A stretch of DNA of 64,000 nt from Candidatus Marinacidobacterales bacterium. GTDB taxonomy: Bacteria; Acidobacteriota; Vicinamibacteria; Marinacidobacterales; SMYC01. This document shows positions 40,040 through 49,648 of this stretch, one piece after another. The first letter of the stretch is position 1; each line of letters begins with the position of its first letter. The stretch is taken from assembly GCA_965237955.1 (NCBI GenBank), contig OZ250169.1, positions 3,264,001 through 3,328,000 of the forward strand, in the 5' to 3' direction. Position numbers and translations under genes: made by a program. Below the pieces are notes generated by a model. That model had not been told where the DNA came from and made no database searches. It saw only the letters and a program-made list of their open reading frames with translations.

Positions 40040-40819
40040 ATGTCCGAAGACAGGGGACGTTTTGTCTGGTACGACCTCATGACCACCGATCCAGATGCGG
40101 CGCAATCTTTTTACACGAAGCTCATCGGCTGGGGCACCCAAGCTTGGGACGGTCCGATGCCCTACACGATGTGGACCAACAACGATACGCCGTTGGGCGG
40201 CGTCATGACGCTACCCGACGAAGCCAAGCAAGCGGGCGCGCCTCCGCATTGGCTCGCCTACATCTATACCTCGTACGTCGACGGGACCGTGGCGAAGGCC
40301 GAAGAGAATCAAGGCAAGGTGTTGGTGCCGGCACAGGATATCCCCGAGGTCGGACGCTTCGCCGTCCTCGCGGATCCGCAGGGTGCGGCGTTCGCGGTGT
40401 ACACGCCGGCGGCCGATACACCGGGTAACCCCGGGCCGCCCGCGATCGGCGAGTACTCGTGGCACGAGCTCAACACGTCGGACCACGACAACGCGTGGGG
40501 CTTTTACGAGACGCTCTTCGGATGGAAGAAGACCGATACCATGGACATGGGCGAGATGGGCACGTACCAGATGTACACGACCGGCGGCGGCGAGATCCCG
40601 CTAGGCGGCATGTTCAATAAGCCCAAGGAAATGCCCGGCCCGCCTTTCTGGCTCTACTACGTGCGCGTCGACGACGTGCACAAGTCGGTCGAAAAGGTGA
40701 AAGAGCTCGGCGGTCAAGTGCTGAACGGCCCGATGGAAGTGCCGGGGGGCGATCACATCGCGCAGTGCATGGATCCCCAGGGGGCCGCGTTCGCGCTCCA
40801 CTCGACGAAGAAGGAGTAG
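40040..40819 (+). CDS. VOC/glyoxalase family protein (tandem domains)
   Basis: FVWYDLMTTD...GRFAVLADPQGA, then WHELNT...DPQGA. Confidence 0.92.
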   Translation: MSEDRGRFVWYDLMTTDPDAAQSFYTKLIGWGTQAWDGPMPYTMWTNNDTPLGGVMTLPDEAKQAGAPPHWLAYIYTSYVDGTVAKAEENQGKVLVPAQDIPEVGRFAVLADPQGAAFAVYTPAADTPGNPGPPAIGEYSWHELNTSDHDNAWGFYETLFGWKKTDTMDMGEMGTYQMYTTGGGEIPLGGMFNKPKEMPGPPFWLYYVRVDDVHKSVEKVKELGGQVLNGPMEVPGGDHIAQCMDPQGAAFALHSTKKE

Positions 40820-41126
40820 CTCAATCCGCCCGTCGTCACCGTCAGGTGGTGGAGCAACGAGCTCGATCAGGTCCTCGAAAGGGGACGCAGGCTGTAGCTT
40901 GAGCTGCAGCAGCGGGGGTCCCGTGGGATGCGGCTCTGGCGGCTCCTTGTTCGGAGAGGCGCAAAACGGCTCGATCAAACTGTCCGGCAGCGGTCTCTCG
41001 ATCAGTGGCCTGTACCATGCCGGCGGCGAGTGGATGGGGGGTACTTATAGCGGCAGCGGCGGCGGCTTTTCGGTCTCGGGCGACTGGCAAGCGGTTAAGT
41101 AGTCAGTACGCGGCTGTCACGGTCAG

Positions 41127-41217
41127 GATGGGCGTACGAAAGTCTTCAGCCCGCGGTGGTCGGCCGACGGGCGTCGGCTCTTCTTCGTCTCCAATCGTGC
41201 CGGTGCGATGGACCTGG
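41127..41217 (+). pseudogene. Orphan PD40/TolB-like beta-propeller repeat fragment
   Basis: DGRTKVFSPRWSADGRRLFFVSNRAGAMDL; not in the ORF track; no start or flanking repeats. Confidence 0.65.
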
Positions 41218-41249
41218 TAATGAGATTGGGTTAGGGGAAGAGGTTAAGA

Positions 41250-42275
41250 CTAATACGCCGTCGTTACCGTCAGGTGATGGGGCCAGTGGGTTTCGTGGTA
41301 GTGGGTCCACAGGCGGGTATCGACGACGGCGTCGATCACTTGGCGGTCGGCGGGACGGCGCTCGTTGATGGCGCGCGTGAGAAGGTGGCATGCCCAGATC
41401 GTCGCGGCGCGGATCTCGACTTCTTCTTCGCTGTCGCGGGGAATCACGCGGCGGGCGTTGATGGCGTCTTCGAGCTCGGCCGAGTACGACATGATACCGA
41501 GACGCAGGAGCGCGACCGGGACGATGTAGTCGGCGAAGACGGTGAGCTCGTCGGGATCGTGGAGCGCGAAGTAACCGTCGGCGCGGAAACGGGCGTGGAG
41601 GTACCAGAGAAGTAGCTGCGCGCGCTTTTGAAACGCCACGCGCTGGCCGTGGTATTGGCTCTCGTCGCGGAACGACGGGAACGTCTCTATCAAGCGCTCC
41701 AGGGTGGCGGACGTCGTGCGCGGGCCGGCTTTCAGAAAATTGTGGAAGCGCCCATCGTAGTGCTCTTCAAGGACGCCACCGAGCTCGTGGAAAATCTCGA
41801 CGCGCTCGTCGAGCATGGGCATCTCGATGTTGCCCGCGAACATACGCTCGAGATCGGATCGATCGACGCTCGCCAGGTACTTCCCTTCGAGGATCGGCGT
41901 GCCTGACTCGAGGGCACGCTTGAGGCAAGCCATCATGGCGTCGGAGTCCCATCGCTCGGTGCCGCCATAGTTCGTGGTGAAGATCACGTGCCCTTCGAAA
42001 TCCGTAAACGCGAAATTGATCGATGCAGTCAGAAAAATGAAGTCCATCGTGTCCGCATCGTTCCCGTCGGGAATCACGGGAAAACGGAAGTCGGGCCACG
42101 GGAGCGATTCGTAGGCCATCCACTCGGAAACGGCCTCGATACCGACTTCGTGGATGTGGACGTGTTTCGACGCATCGACGACCGGTTGGATCGTCGAGAG
42201 AATCGGATGCGAAGACTCAGTCATAGGTAGCAACGGAAGTGCGAGGACGCCGAGAAACTGTCTACGGTTCAGCAC
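41250..42275 (-). CDS. Queuosine salvage family protein (DUF2419/Qng1-like)
   Basis: INFAF, FPSFRD, FQKRAQL, LTVFADYIVP..L..LG, EVEIRA, D..LW, PHHLT.TTAY. Confidence 0.8.
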   Translation of the reverse strand: MLNRRQFLGVLALPLLPMTESSHPILSTIQPVVDASKHVHIHEVGIEAVSEWMAYESLPWPDFRFPVIPDGNDADTMDFIFLTASINFAFTDFEGHVIFTTNYGGTERWDSDAMMACLKRALESGTPILEGKYLASVDRSDLERMFAGNIEMPMLDERVEIFHELGGVLEEHYDGRFHNFLKAGPRTTSATLERLIETFPSFRDESQYHGQRVAFQKRAQLLLWYLHARFRADGYFALHDPDELTVFADYIVPVALLRLGIMSYSAELEDAINARRVIPRDSEEEVEIRAATIWACHLLTRAINERRPADRQVIDAVVDTRLWTHYHETHWPHHLTVTTAY

Positions 42276-43257
42276 CCTTGAGCTCCCGCAACGCTCTCGC
42301 GACGTACACGCGGGCCATCTTCTTACGGTAAGCATGCGTGAGGTCGGTATTGTCAAGGGGCTTTGCTGGTCGATAAGCAACGGATGCCGCCTCTTCGATG
42401 ACGTCCTCGGTGAGTTTCTTTCCTATTAGCAACGTTTCGGCTTTGTCGGCTTCGACCGGGGCCGACTCTACCGCGGTCAACACGATGCGCGCCTTTTCGA
42501 TCGTGCCGTCCTTGGCGGTCTCGAGCGCGGCGGCGACACCGAGAATCGGGAAGTCGATGCTGCCGCGTCGTCGAAGCTTGAGATACGTCGCGCGCATCCC
42601 GTTGACTTTGGGCACGTGAATCTCCGTGAGGATCTCCTCGCGCTTTTTTTTCAGGAAGTGGATCCCGTCGAACTCGTAGAGAGATTTCACCGGAACGCGT
42701 CGCTCGCCGTCGACTCCGACGAGGGTACACTCGGCGTCGAGCGCAATGAAGACCGGAGCGGTGTCCGATGAGCTCACCGCCCAACAGCGCGGGCTCGACG
42801 GCGCGACCCAGCAGATCTCGCCATCTTTTTTCATGCAGAAGTTGATGGACTTTCGCCACTCGTAGCTCTGGTTGTAGTAGTTGCAGCGGGTGTCGACACA
42901 GAGATTGCCGCCGATGGTGCCCATGTTCCTCAAGATCGGAGAACTCACGAGCTCGGCCGCGGTGGCGATGGCTGGGTAACGCGTTTGCAGCAGCTCGTTC
43001 TGCTCGACACGCGTGAGCGTCATCATCCCACCGATGGTGATGCCCTCTTCCGCACTTCCGGAAACTGCGCGAGCGTTCTCGACGCTGGCGAGCCCCACGA
43101 GAACTTTCGGCGTAAACTGACGCCGCTTCATGTTGGGGTAGAGATCGGTGCCACCGGCAACCGGCATGGCTTCGTCCGCCGCGTGGTCGGCGAGCATCTT
43201 CGCCGCCTCTTGCGCCGTTTTCGGCGCAAGGTAGCGGAACGGGGGCAGCCGCATCAT
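42262..43257 (-). CDS. hcrB: 4-hydroxybenzoyl-CoA reductase beta-like FAD/[4Fe-4S] subunit
   Basis: AGGTDL, GTIGGNLC plus the Cys-rich insert CNYYNQSYEWR...C...C...C typical of HcrB; KLRRRGSIDFP. Confidence 0.7.
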   Translation of the reverse strand: MMRLPPFRYLAPKTAQEAAKMLADHAADEAMPVAGGTDLYPNMKRRQFTPKVLVGLASVENARAVSGSAEEGITIGGMMTLTRVEQNELLQTRYPAIATAAELVSSPILRNMGTIGGNLCVDTRCNYYNQSYEWRKSINFCMKKDGEICWVAPSSPRCWAVSSSDTAPVFIALDAECTLVGVDGERRVPVKSLYEFDGIHFLKKKREEILTEIHVPKVNGMRATYLKLRRRGSIDFPILGVAAALETAKDGTIEKARIVLTAVESAPVEADKAETLLIGKKLTEDVIEEAASVAYRPAKPLDNTDLTHAYRKKMARVYVARALRELKGAEP

Positions 43258-45686
43258 GAGGACGTTTCCTCACGCGACGATTCCTCACGCATGGGGGGCA
43301 CTTCGACCGGGGGCGGCCAATCGTAGTCGGGCACGGTGACCGCGGGCAGGCGCCCTTCGAGAGCGTTCACGATCTTGTCCGGCGTCACCGGGCTTTCATC
43401 GATACGAACGCCGAGCGCGTCATAGATAGCGATAGGAACGGCGGGGATGACGGGAAGAAGCGGACCTTGACCGCACTCCTTCGCGCCGTAAGGTCCTTGC
43501 GGATCCAACGTCTCCACGAGGATCGATTCCACCGGGGGCATGTCCACGAACGTCGGGCTCTTGTAATCGAGCATCGACGGGATCTTGTGAACGCCCATCC
43601 GGAAAACCTGTTCCTCCATGAGCACTTCGCCGAGCCCCATGTAGACGCTTCCTTCGATCTGTCCGATCGCGAGCAGCGGGTTGATGGCCTTGCCGACATC
43701 GTGCGCGATCCAAATCTGGTGAATCTTCACCCAGCCGGTGTCGGGATCGACTTCGAGCTCGAGAGCGCACGCCGAGTAGCTATAGGTGGCACTCGGCCCA
43801 ACTCCCGCGCCTTTGTAGCGGCCCGGGGAGCGCGGCGGCGTGTAGCTTCCTGTCGAGCCGAGAGTTCCGTGTCGCGCTTCGGCGAGCACAACCGCCTCGG
43901 CGAAATCCATCGAGACGTCAGGGTGCTCACGGTCGAAGATCTTCCGGTGCGCCATCGCGAGGCGCTCGACAGGTACTTGAAGTTTTTCCGCCGCCCGGTC
44001 GAGCAGCAGTGGTTTCAACCGGCGCGCCGCTTCGATCGCCGCGTTACCGGTCATCAACGTGACCCGGCTCGCATAGCTCCCCAGATCGACGGGGGTCAGG
44101 TGCGTATCGGCAGTCACGACGTGGACGTCTTTGACCTCGACGCCGAGCTCCTCGGCGACCACATAAGCGAGGACTGAATCCGAGCCCTGCCCGATGTCCG
44201 TCGATCCACAAAACGCGGTGACACCGCCGCCGCGGTCGAGCTGTAGCTGCACACCGCTATGCGGCAGCTTGTTCCAGTAGATGGGCAGTCCCGCGCCGGT
44301 GAGGTAGCTCGACGCCGCGAGACCGATGCCTCGTCCTTTCGGAAGCTTGCCGTGTTTGTTACGAAAATCGGAACGCTCGGCGACGCGCTCGAGGCACTCT
44401 TTCAAGCCTACGGTGCGGATCTTGAGCTGGTTCGCGGTGATCGAGAACGGCTCAACGACTTTCTCGAGCCGAATATCAAGAGGACTCTTCTTGATTTCCT
44501 CGGCGAGCTTGTCGAGGTGGCACTCGATCGCGAACCGAGGCTGCACTGTCCCGTGGCCGCGTTTGGGACCGCACGGCGGCTTATTCGTGAAAACGCGCAG
44601 CCCTTCGAACTTGTAGCGCGGGATCTTGTAGGTGACCGTCTGGAGCGCGCCGGTGTAATAGAGGCTTGCGACACCGTAACTTCCGTACGCCCCGCCGTCC
44701 AAAAACGATCGGAAGTGCATCGCCGTGATCGAGCCGTCTTTCTTGATACCGCTCTTGACCCACATCTTCACCGGATGCCGGCCGCGATGGCAGTAGAAGA
44801 CTTCTTCACGGGTGAGCGTGACCTTCACCGGTCGCCTGGTTTTCATCGAGAGCTTGGCGACGACCATCTCGTGGTTGAATGGATCGCTCTTGCCACCGAA
44901 GCCGCCACCGTTGGGGCAGGCAATGATGCGCACCTGCGACGGCGGCATCTCGAGCACTTTTGCCATCGCACGGTGGACGTAGTGCGGTGTCTGCGTCGAC
45001 GACCAAAGCGTCATCTTGCCGTCGGCCCCGTAGGAAGCAAGCGCCGAGTGCTGTTCCATGGGAAGGTGCGTGTTGCCCTGAAAGAAGAACGTGTCCTCGC
45101 GCACGACGTCAGCTTCGGCGAACCCTTCCTCGAGATCGCCGAACTCGAGCGAGACCGCCTTGTGGACGTTGCCCTCCACGCCCTTGTGGAGCTCGCCCGC
45201 ATGGATCGGCTCCGAGTCTTCTCGGAGCGCGTCTTCGATGCTCATGATCGGTTGTAGCACTTCGTATTCGACGTCGATGTGATCGAGTGCGGCCTCGGCG
45301 GTCTCTTCATCGACGGCGGCCACCGCGGCAACCGGGTCGCCGACGAAACGTGTTTTGTCGATACAAAGCGCGTGCTCGTCCTGGGACACGGGGAGGATGC
45401 CGAATGGGATGGGAAGCTCGGCACCGACGAGCGCGGCGACGACGCCGGGCATCGCCTCGGCCTTGCTGGTGTCGACGTTCACGACGCGCGCGTGCGGGTG
45501 CGGGCTTCTCTTGAGCTTGCAAAAAAGCATGCGCGGAAGCGCCAGATCGTCCGCGAACATCGTCTCCCCGACGACCTTCGCCATCGCGTCCACTTTCATC
45601 ACCGGCTTGCCGATGATCGAAAGCGGCTCCGCCTCCTGGGTCGGCGTCGATTCCTCAGGGCGTTCGACGTCAGTTCTAGTCGGCAT
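43254..45686 (-). CDS. hcrA: Xanthine dehydrogenase family molybdopterin subunit (HcrA-like)
   Basis: GGGFGGK, RGRHP, KRGHG, DIGQGS, GSYASR, GQIEG, GAKECGQG. Confidence 0.7.
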   Translation of the reverse strand: MPTRTDVERPEESTPTQEAEPLSIIGKPVMKVDAMAKVVGETMFADDLALPRMLFCKLKRSPHPHARVVNVDTSKAEAMPGVVAALVGAELPIPFGILPVSQDEHALCIDKTRFVGDPVAAVAAVDEETAEAALDHIDVEYEVLQPIMSIEDALREDSEPIHAGELHKGVEGNVHKAVSLEFGDLEEGFAEADVVREDTFFFQGNTHLPMEQHSALASYGADGKMTLWSSTQTPHYVHRAMAKVLEMPPSQVRIIACPNGGGFGGKSDPFNHEMVVAKLSMKTRRPVKVTLTREEVFYCHRGRHPVKMWVKSGIKKDGSITAMHFRSFLDGGAYGSYGVASLYYTGALQTVTYKIPRYKFEGLRVFTNKPPCGPKRGHGTVQPRFAIECHLDKLAEEIKKSPLDIRLEKVVEPFSITANQLKIRTVGLKECLERVAERSDFRNKHGKLPKGRGIGLAASSYLTGAGLPIYWNKLPHSGVQLQLDRGGGVTAFCGSTDIGQGSDSVLAYVVAEELGVEVKDVHVVTADTHLTPVDLGSYASRVTLMTGNAAIEAARRLKPLLLDRAAEKLQVPVERLAMAHRKIFDREHPDVSMDFAEAVVLAEARHGTLGSTGSYTPPRSPGRYKGAGVGPSATYSYSACALELEVDPDTGWVKIHQIWIAHDVGKAINPLLAIGQIEGSVYMGLGEVLMEEQVFRMGVHKIPSMLDYKSPTFVDMPPVESILVETLDPQGPYGAKECGQGPLLPVIPAVPIAIYDALGVRIDESPVTPDKIVNALEGRLPAVTVPDYDWPPPVEVPPMREESSREETSS

Positions 45687-45689
45687 CGT

Positions 45690-46190
45690 CTAACAGGAGA
45701 TGGGCTTTCCTACTTCGCCCGCGGCAGCGCGCTCGATGGCTTGGAGAATCTGAATGTAGCCGGTGCACCGGCACAAATTTCCGGCAAGGGCCTCTTCGAT
45801 CTCTCGTCGCGCGGGAAGGGTGTTTTTGTCGAGGAGCGACTTCGCCGCCAGAAGAATCCCGGGTGTGCAGTAGCCACACTGCGCCGCCCCCATCTCGGCG
45901 AACGCGACCTGTAGCGGGTGGGCTTTGCCGTTCTCGGTGAGCCCCTCGACGGTCAAGATCTCGGTGTTCTGGAGCTCGATAGGAAGGGCGAGACAAGAGA
46001 GCACCGGCTCGCCGTCCACGAGAACGGTGCACGTGCCGCACTCGCCGAGCTCACACCCGTGCTTCGTCCCCGTCAGACGCAGGTCTTCGCGCAGCACTTC
46101 GAGCAACGTCTTCCAGAGCGGCACGGCGACGGCGACGGGCTCGCCGTTCACGTTGAGATGCAGAATCTCCTTCTCGGTCATAGCATCCAT
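45690..46190 (-). CDS. hcrC: [2Fe-2S] subunit of the molybdo-flavoenzyme (HcrC-like)
   Basis: GTKHGCELGECGTC, QCGYCTPG, NLCRCTGY. Confidence 0.72.
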   Translation of the reverse strand: MDAMTEKEILHLNVNGEPVAVAVPLWKTLLEVLREDLRLTGTKHGCELGECGTCTVLVDGEPVLSCLALPIELQNTEILTVEGLTENGKAHPLQVAFAEMGAAQCGYCTPGILLAAKSLLDKNTLPARREIEEALAGNLCRCTGYIQILQAIERAAAGEVGKPISC

Positions 46191-46266
46191 AAATTTTACC
46201 ACGCTACGATAAACGACGAGATGGTTGGAGTCGGGATCGTCCGGGGTGAGGACGGGTTCCTCTACA

Positions 46267-47580
46267 TTACGCAGGAGTTTTCGCGGCCAATCGAGCCGCG
46301 CCGGCGTCGATAATCGCTCCTTCGAGCGCAACGACTACCTCCCCCAGAAGAAAAATCGATCCCGCGACGACGACTTCCCCCGTCGGGCCGGCGAGCTCCC
46401 GCGCGCGCGCAAGCGCCTTTTCCGACGAAGGGATGGCCTCCGCCGGCGTTCCCTGATCGCGCGCGAACGAAGCGAGAGGCTCGGGTCCGCGGGCGCGCGA
46501 CATCTCCGGTCTGGTGGCGACGAAGCGAGACACGTGCGGCAGCAGTTGCGTCAGCATGTCGTGGACCCTCTTGTCCTTCATGACACCGAAGAGCAAGACG
46601 CGGTGATCGCGAGGGTGTGCCTTCAAGAACCTGCCGAGCTGCTCCGCGGCCATGACGTTATGGGCAGCGTCGAGTAAAAGTGCCGGGGCTCCTGCGATTC
46701 GCTGCAGGCGCCCTAGCCACTTCGTCGAGCGAACGCCTTGGCGCACCTGCTCCGCGGTCAGCTCCGGCTCCAAAAGCTCGGCCACGCGGACCGCGAGCAC
46801 GAGATTATCCAGTTGGTGCTCGCCCAGGAGCGGGAGCTCGACGTTTTTGTAGTCGCGCTCGGGCGTTCTCAATCGAACGCGCTGGACACTATCGACCGGC
46901 TTCGCATGAATCTCACTACCGTCTCGAGCTCGAATGAGGTCGGCGCTTTTTCGCCGTGCCTCATCGCGTACGACGTCGAGGGCCTCGGGCACGAGCTCTC
47001 CTATTACGACGGGCCGACCTTCTTTGATGATGGCCGCTTTCTCGGCAGCGATGGCGGCGATCGAGTCCCCGAGAAAGTGCTCGTGATCGAATCCTATCGG
47101 CGTGATGACGGAGACCGACGCGGGAGCGATGTTGGTGGCGTCCCACCGACCCCCCATCCCCACTTCGAGCACGGCGGTGTCGACGTCGCACTCGGCAAAA
47201 AAGGCGAACGCGCTTGCGGTGACCGCTTCGAAGAACGTGGGCTCGGTGAGTTTTTGGGAAGCGTCGGCGACGCGCGCCACGACGGTCGCGAGCTCGTCTT
47301 GTGAGATGGGCCGTCCGTCCACTTGAATACGTTCTTCGAGGGAACGTATATGAGGTGACGTGTAGCGGCCGGTGCGGTAGCCCGCCGCGGTGAGGATCGA
47401 CTGAAGCAACGCGGCGGTAGAACCCTTGCCGTTTGTGCCGGCGATGAGGATCGACGGGAACTGTCGCTCGGGTCGACCCAACGCGGCCGCGAGCTGGTCG
47501 ATGTTCGAGAGACCGAACTTGATGCCTAATTTCTCTCGGCTTCTCAAGTAGGCAAGGGCGTCTTCGTATGTCCGTATCAA
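46267..47580 (-). CDS. folC: Folylpolyglutamate/dihydrofolate synthase
   Basis: AGTNGKGS, YTSPH, EVGMGGRWDATN, DAAHN. Confidence 0.95.
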   Translation of the reverse strand: MIRTYEDALAYLRSREKLGIKFGLSNIDQLAAALGRPERQFPSILIAGTNGKGSTAALLQSILTAAGYRTGRYTSPHIRSLEERIQVDGRPISQDELATVVARVADASQKLTEPTFFEAVTASAFAFFAECDVDTAVLEVGMGGRWDATNIAPASVSVITPIGFDHEHFLGDSIAAIAAEKAAIIKEGRPVVIGELVPEALDVVRDEARRKSADLIRARDGSEIHAKPVDSVQRVRLRTPERDYKNVELPLLGEHQLDNLVLAVRVAELLEPELTAEQVRQGVRSTKWLGRLQRIAGAPALLLDAAHNVMAAEQLGRFLKAHPRDHRVLLFGVMKDKRVHDMLTQLLPHVSRFVATRPEMSRARGPEPLASFARDQGTPAEAIPSSEKALARARELAGPTGEVVVAGSIFLLGEVVVALEGAIIDAGAARLAAKTPA

Positions 47581-48488
47581 GAAACGGACTCTTCCTTGGG
47601 CACCGGAGCCGCTTTCGACGCGGCGTCGCTCCGAGTCCTCGGTGCGACCGGCTGCGTAAAGAAGCGCAGCAGTTTTCCGAGAGTCGCTCGCATTTTGCTG
47701 CGCTCGACGATCATGTCGAGCATGCCGTGCTCTGCGAGGTACTCGGAGCGCTGAAATCCCGGCGGGAGAGGCTCCCGGATCGTCTGCTCGATGACGCGGG
47801 GGCCGGCGAAGCCGATGAGAGCTTTCGGCTCGGCAAGGTTGATGTCGCCCAGCATCGCGAAGCTCGCGGTAACGCCGCCGGTGGTCGGATCGGTCAGGAT
47901 CGAGATGTAGGGAACGTTCGCGTCATCGAGACGCGCGAGAGCGGCGCTGATTTTCGCCATCTGCATGAGCGATATCGCGCCTTCTTGCATGCGTGCCCCG
48001 CCTGAGCGGGAGACGATGAGGAGCGGGGACCTCTCCTCGAGGGCGAGCTCGACCGCCCGCGTTAGCTTTTCGCCGACGACAACGCCCATGCTGCCGCCGA
48101 TGAAGCCGTACTCCATCGATGCCAGCACCACGGGAATGCCGGTGATACTTCCGCGCGCGATGAGCACGGCGTCCTCGAGCCCGGTAGCTTCCTTGCTGCG
48201 CGCCAGCCGGTCGCGGTAGCGCTTCGTGTCTGAAAACTCCAGGGGATCGTTCGACGTCAGTCCTGTCTCGATTTCCTGGTAACGTTCGTCGTCCAAGAGC
48301 GACTTCGCGCGCTCCACTGACGTCAACCCCATGTGGTAGTTACATTTCGGGCACACGCTCAGGTTTCGGACGATTTCCTTCGTATAGAGGATCTCCGCGC
48401 AATCGCGACACTTGGTCCAGAGCCCCTCGGGCATGCGGCTTTGCTTGACCGAGGGGAGAGGGCTTTTCTCTTTCTTGAACCAGCTCAT
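47577..48488 (-). CDS. accD: Acetyl-CoA carboxylase carboxyltransferase beta
   Basis: GLWTKC..C zinc finger, GGSMG, SGGARMQEG, PTTGGVTAS, GFAGPRVI. Confidence 0.96.
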   Translation of the reverse strand: MSWFKKEKSPLPSVKQSRMPEGLWTKCRDCAEILYTKEIVRNLSVCPKCNYHMGLTSVERAKSLLDDERYQEIETGLTSNDPLEFSDTKRYRDRLARSKEATGLEDAVLIARGSITGIPVVLASMEYGFIGGSMGVVVGEKLTRAVELALEERSPLLIVSRSGGARMQEGAISLMQMAKISAALARLDDANVPYISILTDPTTGGVTASFAMLGDINLAEPKALIGFAGPRVIEQTIREPLPPGFQRSEYLAEHGMLDMIVERSKMRATLGKLLRFFTQPVAPRTRSDAASKAAPVPKEESVS

Positions 48489-48608
48489 AGCAACAAGAGA
48501 AGGATCGTAACAGTGGGCTTGTAGCGGGTCAACTTGACGGAAAACCCGGGTTCGAGCGCGGTCGGTGACCACTCGAGCGCCGAAGCCCGAAGGGTGAAGG
48601 CGGGCGGA

Positions 48609-48845
48609 CTACTTTTTGGCGGGATCGGTGCCGTTACCGCCGGCGAGATCGTTGTCGATGCCGAGCATGCTGCACGCGGCATCGTACATCTTCAGGGGGC
48701 CTTCTCGTTTTTGCTGAAGCGCCGCGATGCGCTCTCGCACCTGGTCGAGCTCGCGCTCGATTTCCGCGTCGACCGTCTCGAGCTCCTGTTTCGCCATAGC
48801 GAGGCGGCGCTCGAAAACGTCGGACTCTTCTTTGGTCAGTGCCAT
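48609..48845 (-). CDS. Small coiled-coil hypothetical protein
   Basis: 78-aa ORF MALTKEE...YDAACSMLG with heptad periodicity. Confidence 0.6.
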   Translation of the reverse strand: MALTKEESDVFERRLAMAKQELETVDAEIERELDQVRERIAALQQKREGPLKMYDAACSMLGIDNDLAGGNGTDPAKK

Positions 48846-49648
48846 CCGATCTCGTGCTTCGGTAGACAAGGTATGACTCCTATGGTTCCAGCTCGAACAG
48901 GCGGGCAACGAAGCGCGCGAGCTCGTTCGGGCCGACGGCAGGCCTTCGCCTCAAGTATGTATCCAAATCCAATAGCATTTCCGCGGCATCCTGATACCGC
49001 TCGTCGGGATCTCTTTTGAGCGCGCGGGTCACGACCGCCTCGAGCTCGATGGGAACCGCGGGGTTGAGCGACGATGGCGTCAAAACCCTCGCCTCGCGAA
49101 CCCTCTCGAGAATGCTCATCTCGGAGTTTCCGCTGAACAAAGGATGCCCGGTCAACGCCTCGAAGAAAACCCCTCCGAGCGAAAAGATATCGGAGCGGTT
49201 GTCGAGCGCTTTCCCCCACGCCTGCTCGGGTGACATGTAGAGCAGCTTGTAGAGCAGCTTTCCCCGGAGCGAACCACTGTCTGTGTGCGACGCCTTCGTC
49301 GCCGCTCTGGCGATGCCGAAATCCACGAGCTTCACCTCGCCTTCGGTCGAGACGAGAATGTTTTGCGGGCTCACATCGCGGTGAACGATGCGGAGCGCGT
49401 TCCCGTCGTCGTCCCGATGGCGGTGCGCGTATTCGAGGGCGGCTCCTACTTTCGCGGCAATGAGCGCCGCCAAGTCGACGCCAAGGTGGGTTCCCCGGTT
49501 GCGAGCTCGGCCGAGGATCGTTCGTAGATCCCGGCCTTCGACGAACTCCATCGCGATGTAGTAGCTGTCGTCAATCTTGCCTAGATCGAAAATCTGGGTG
49601 ATGTTCGGATGAGACAGCGAGGCAACCATTTTTGCCTCTCCTGCCATT

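Noticed and set aside
48576-48606. REP-like GCCCGAAGGGTGAAGGCGGGC
   Set aside because: Only one half-copy in the window; cannot be supported without a genome-wide search.
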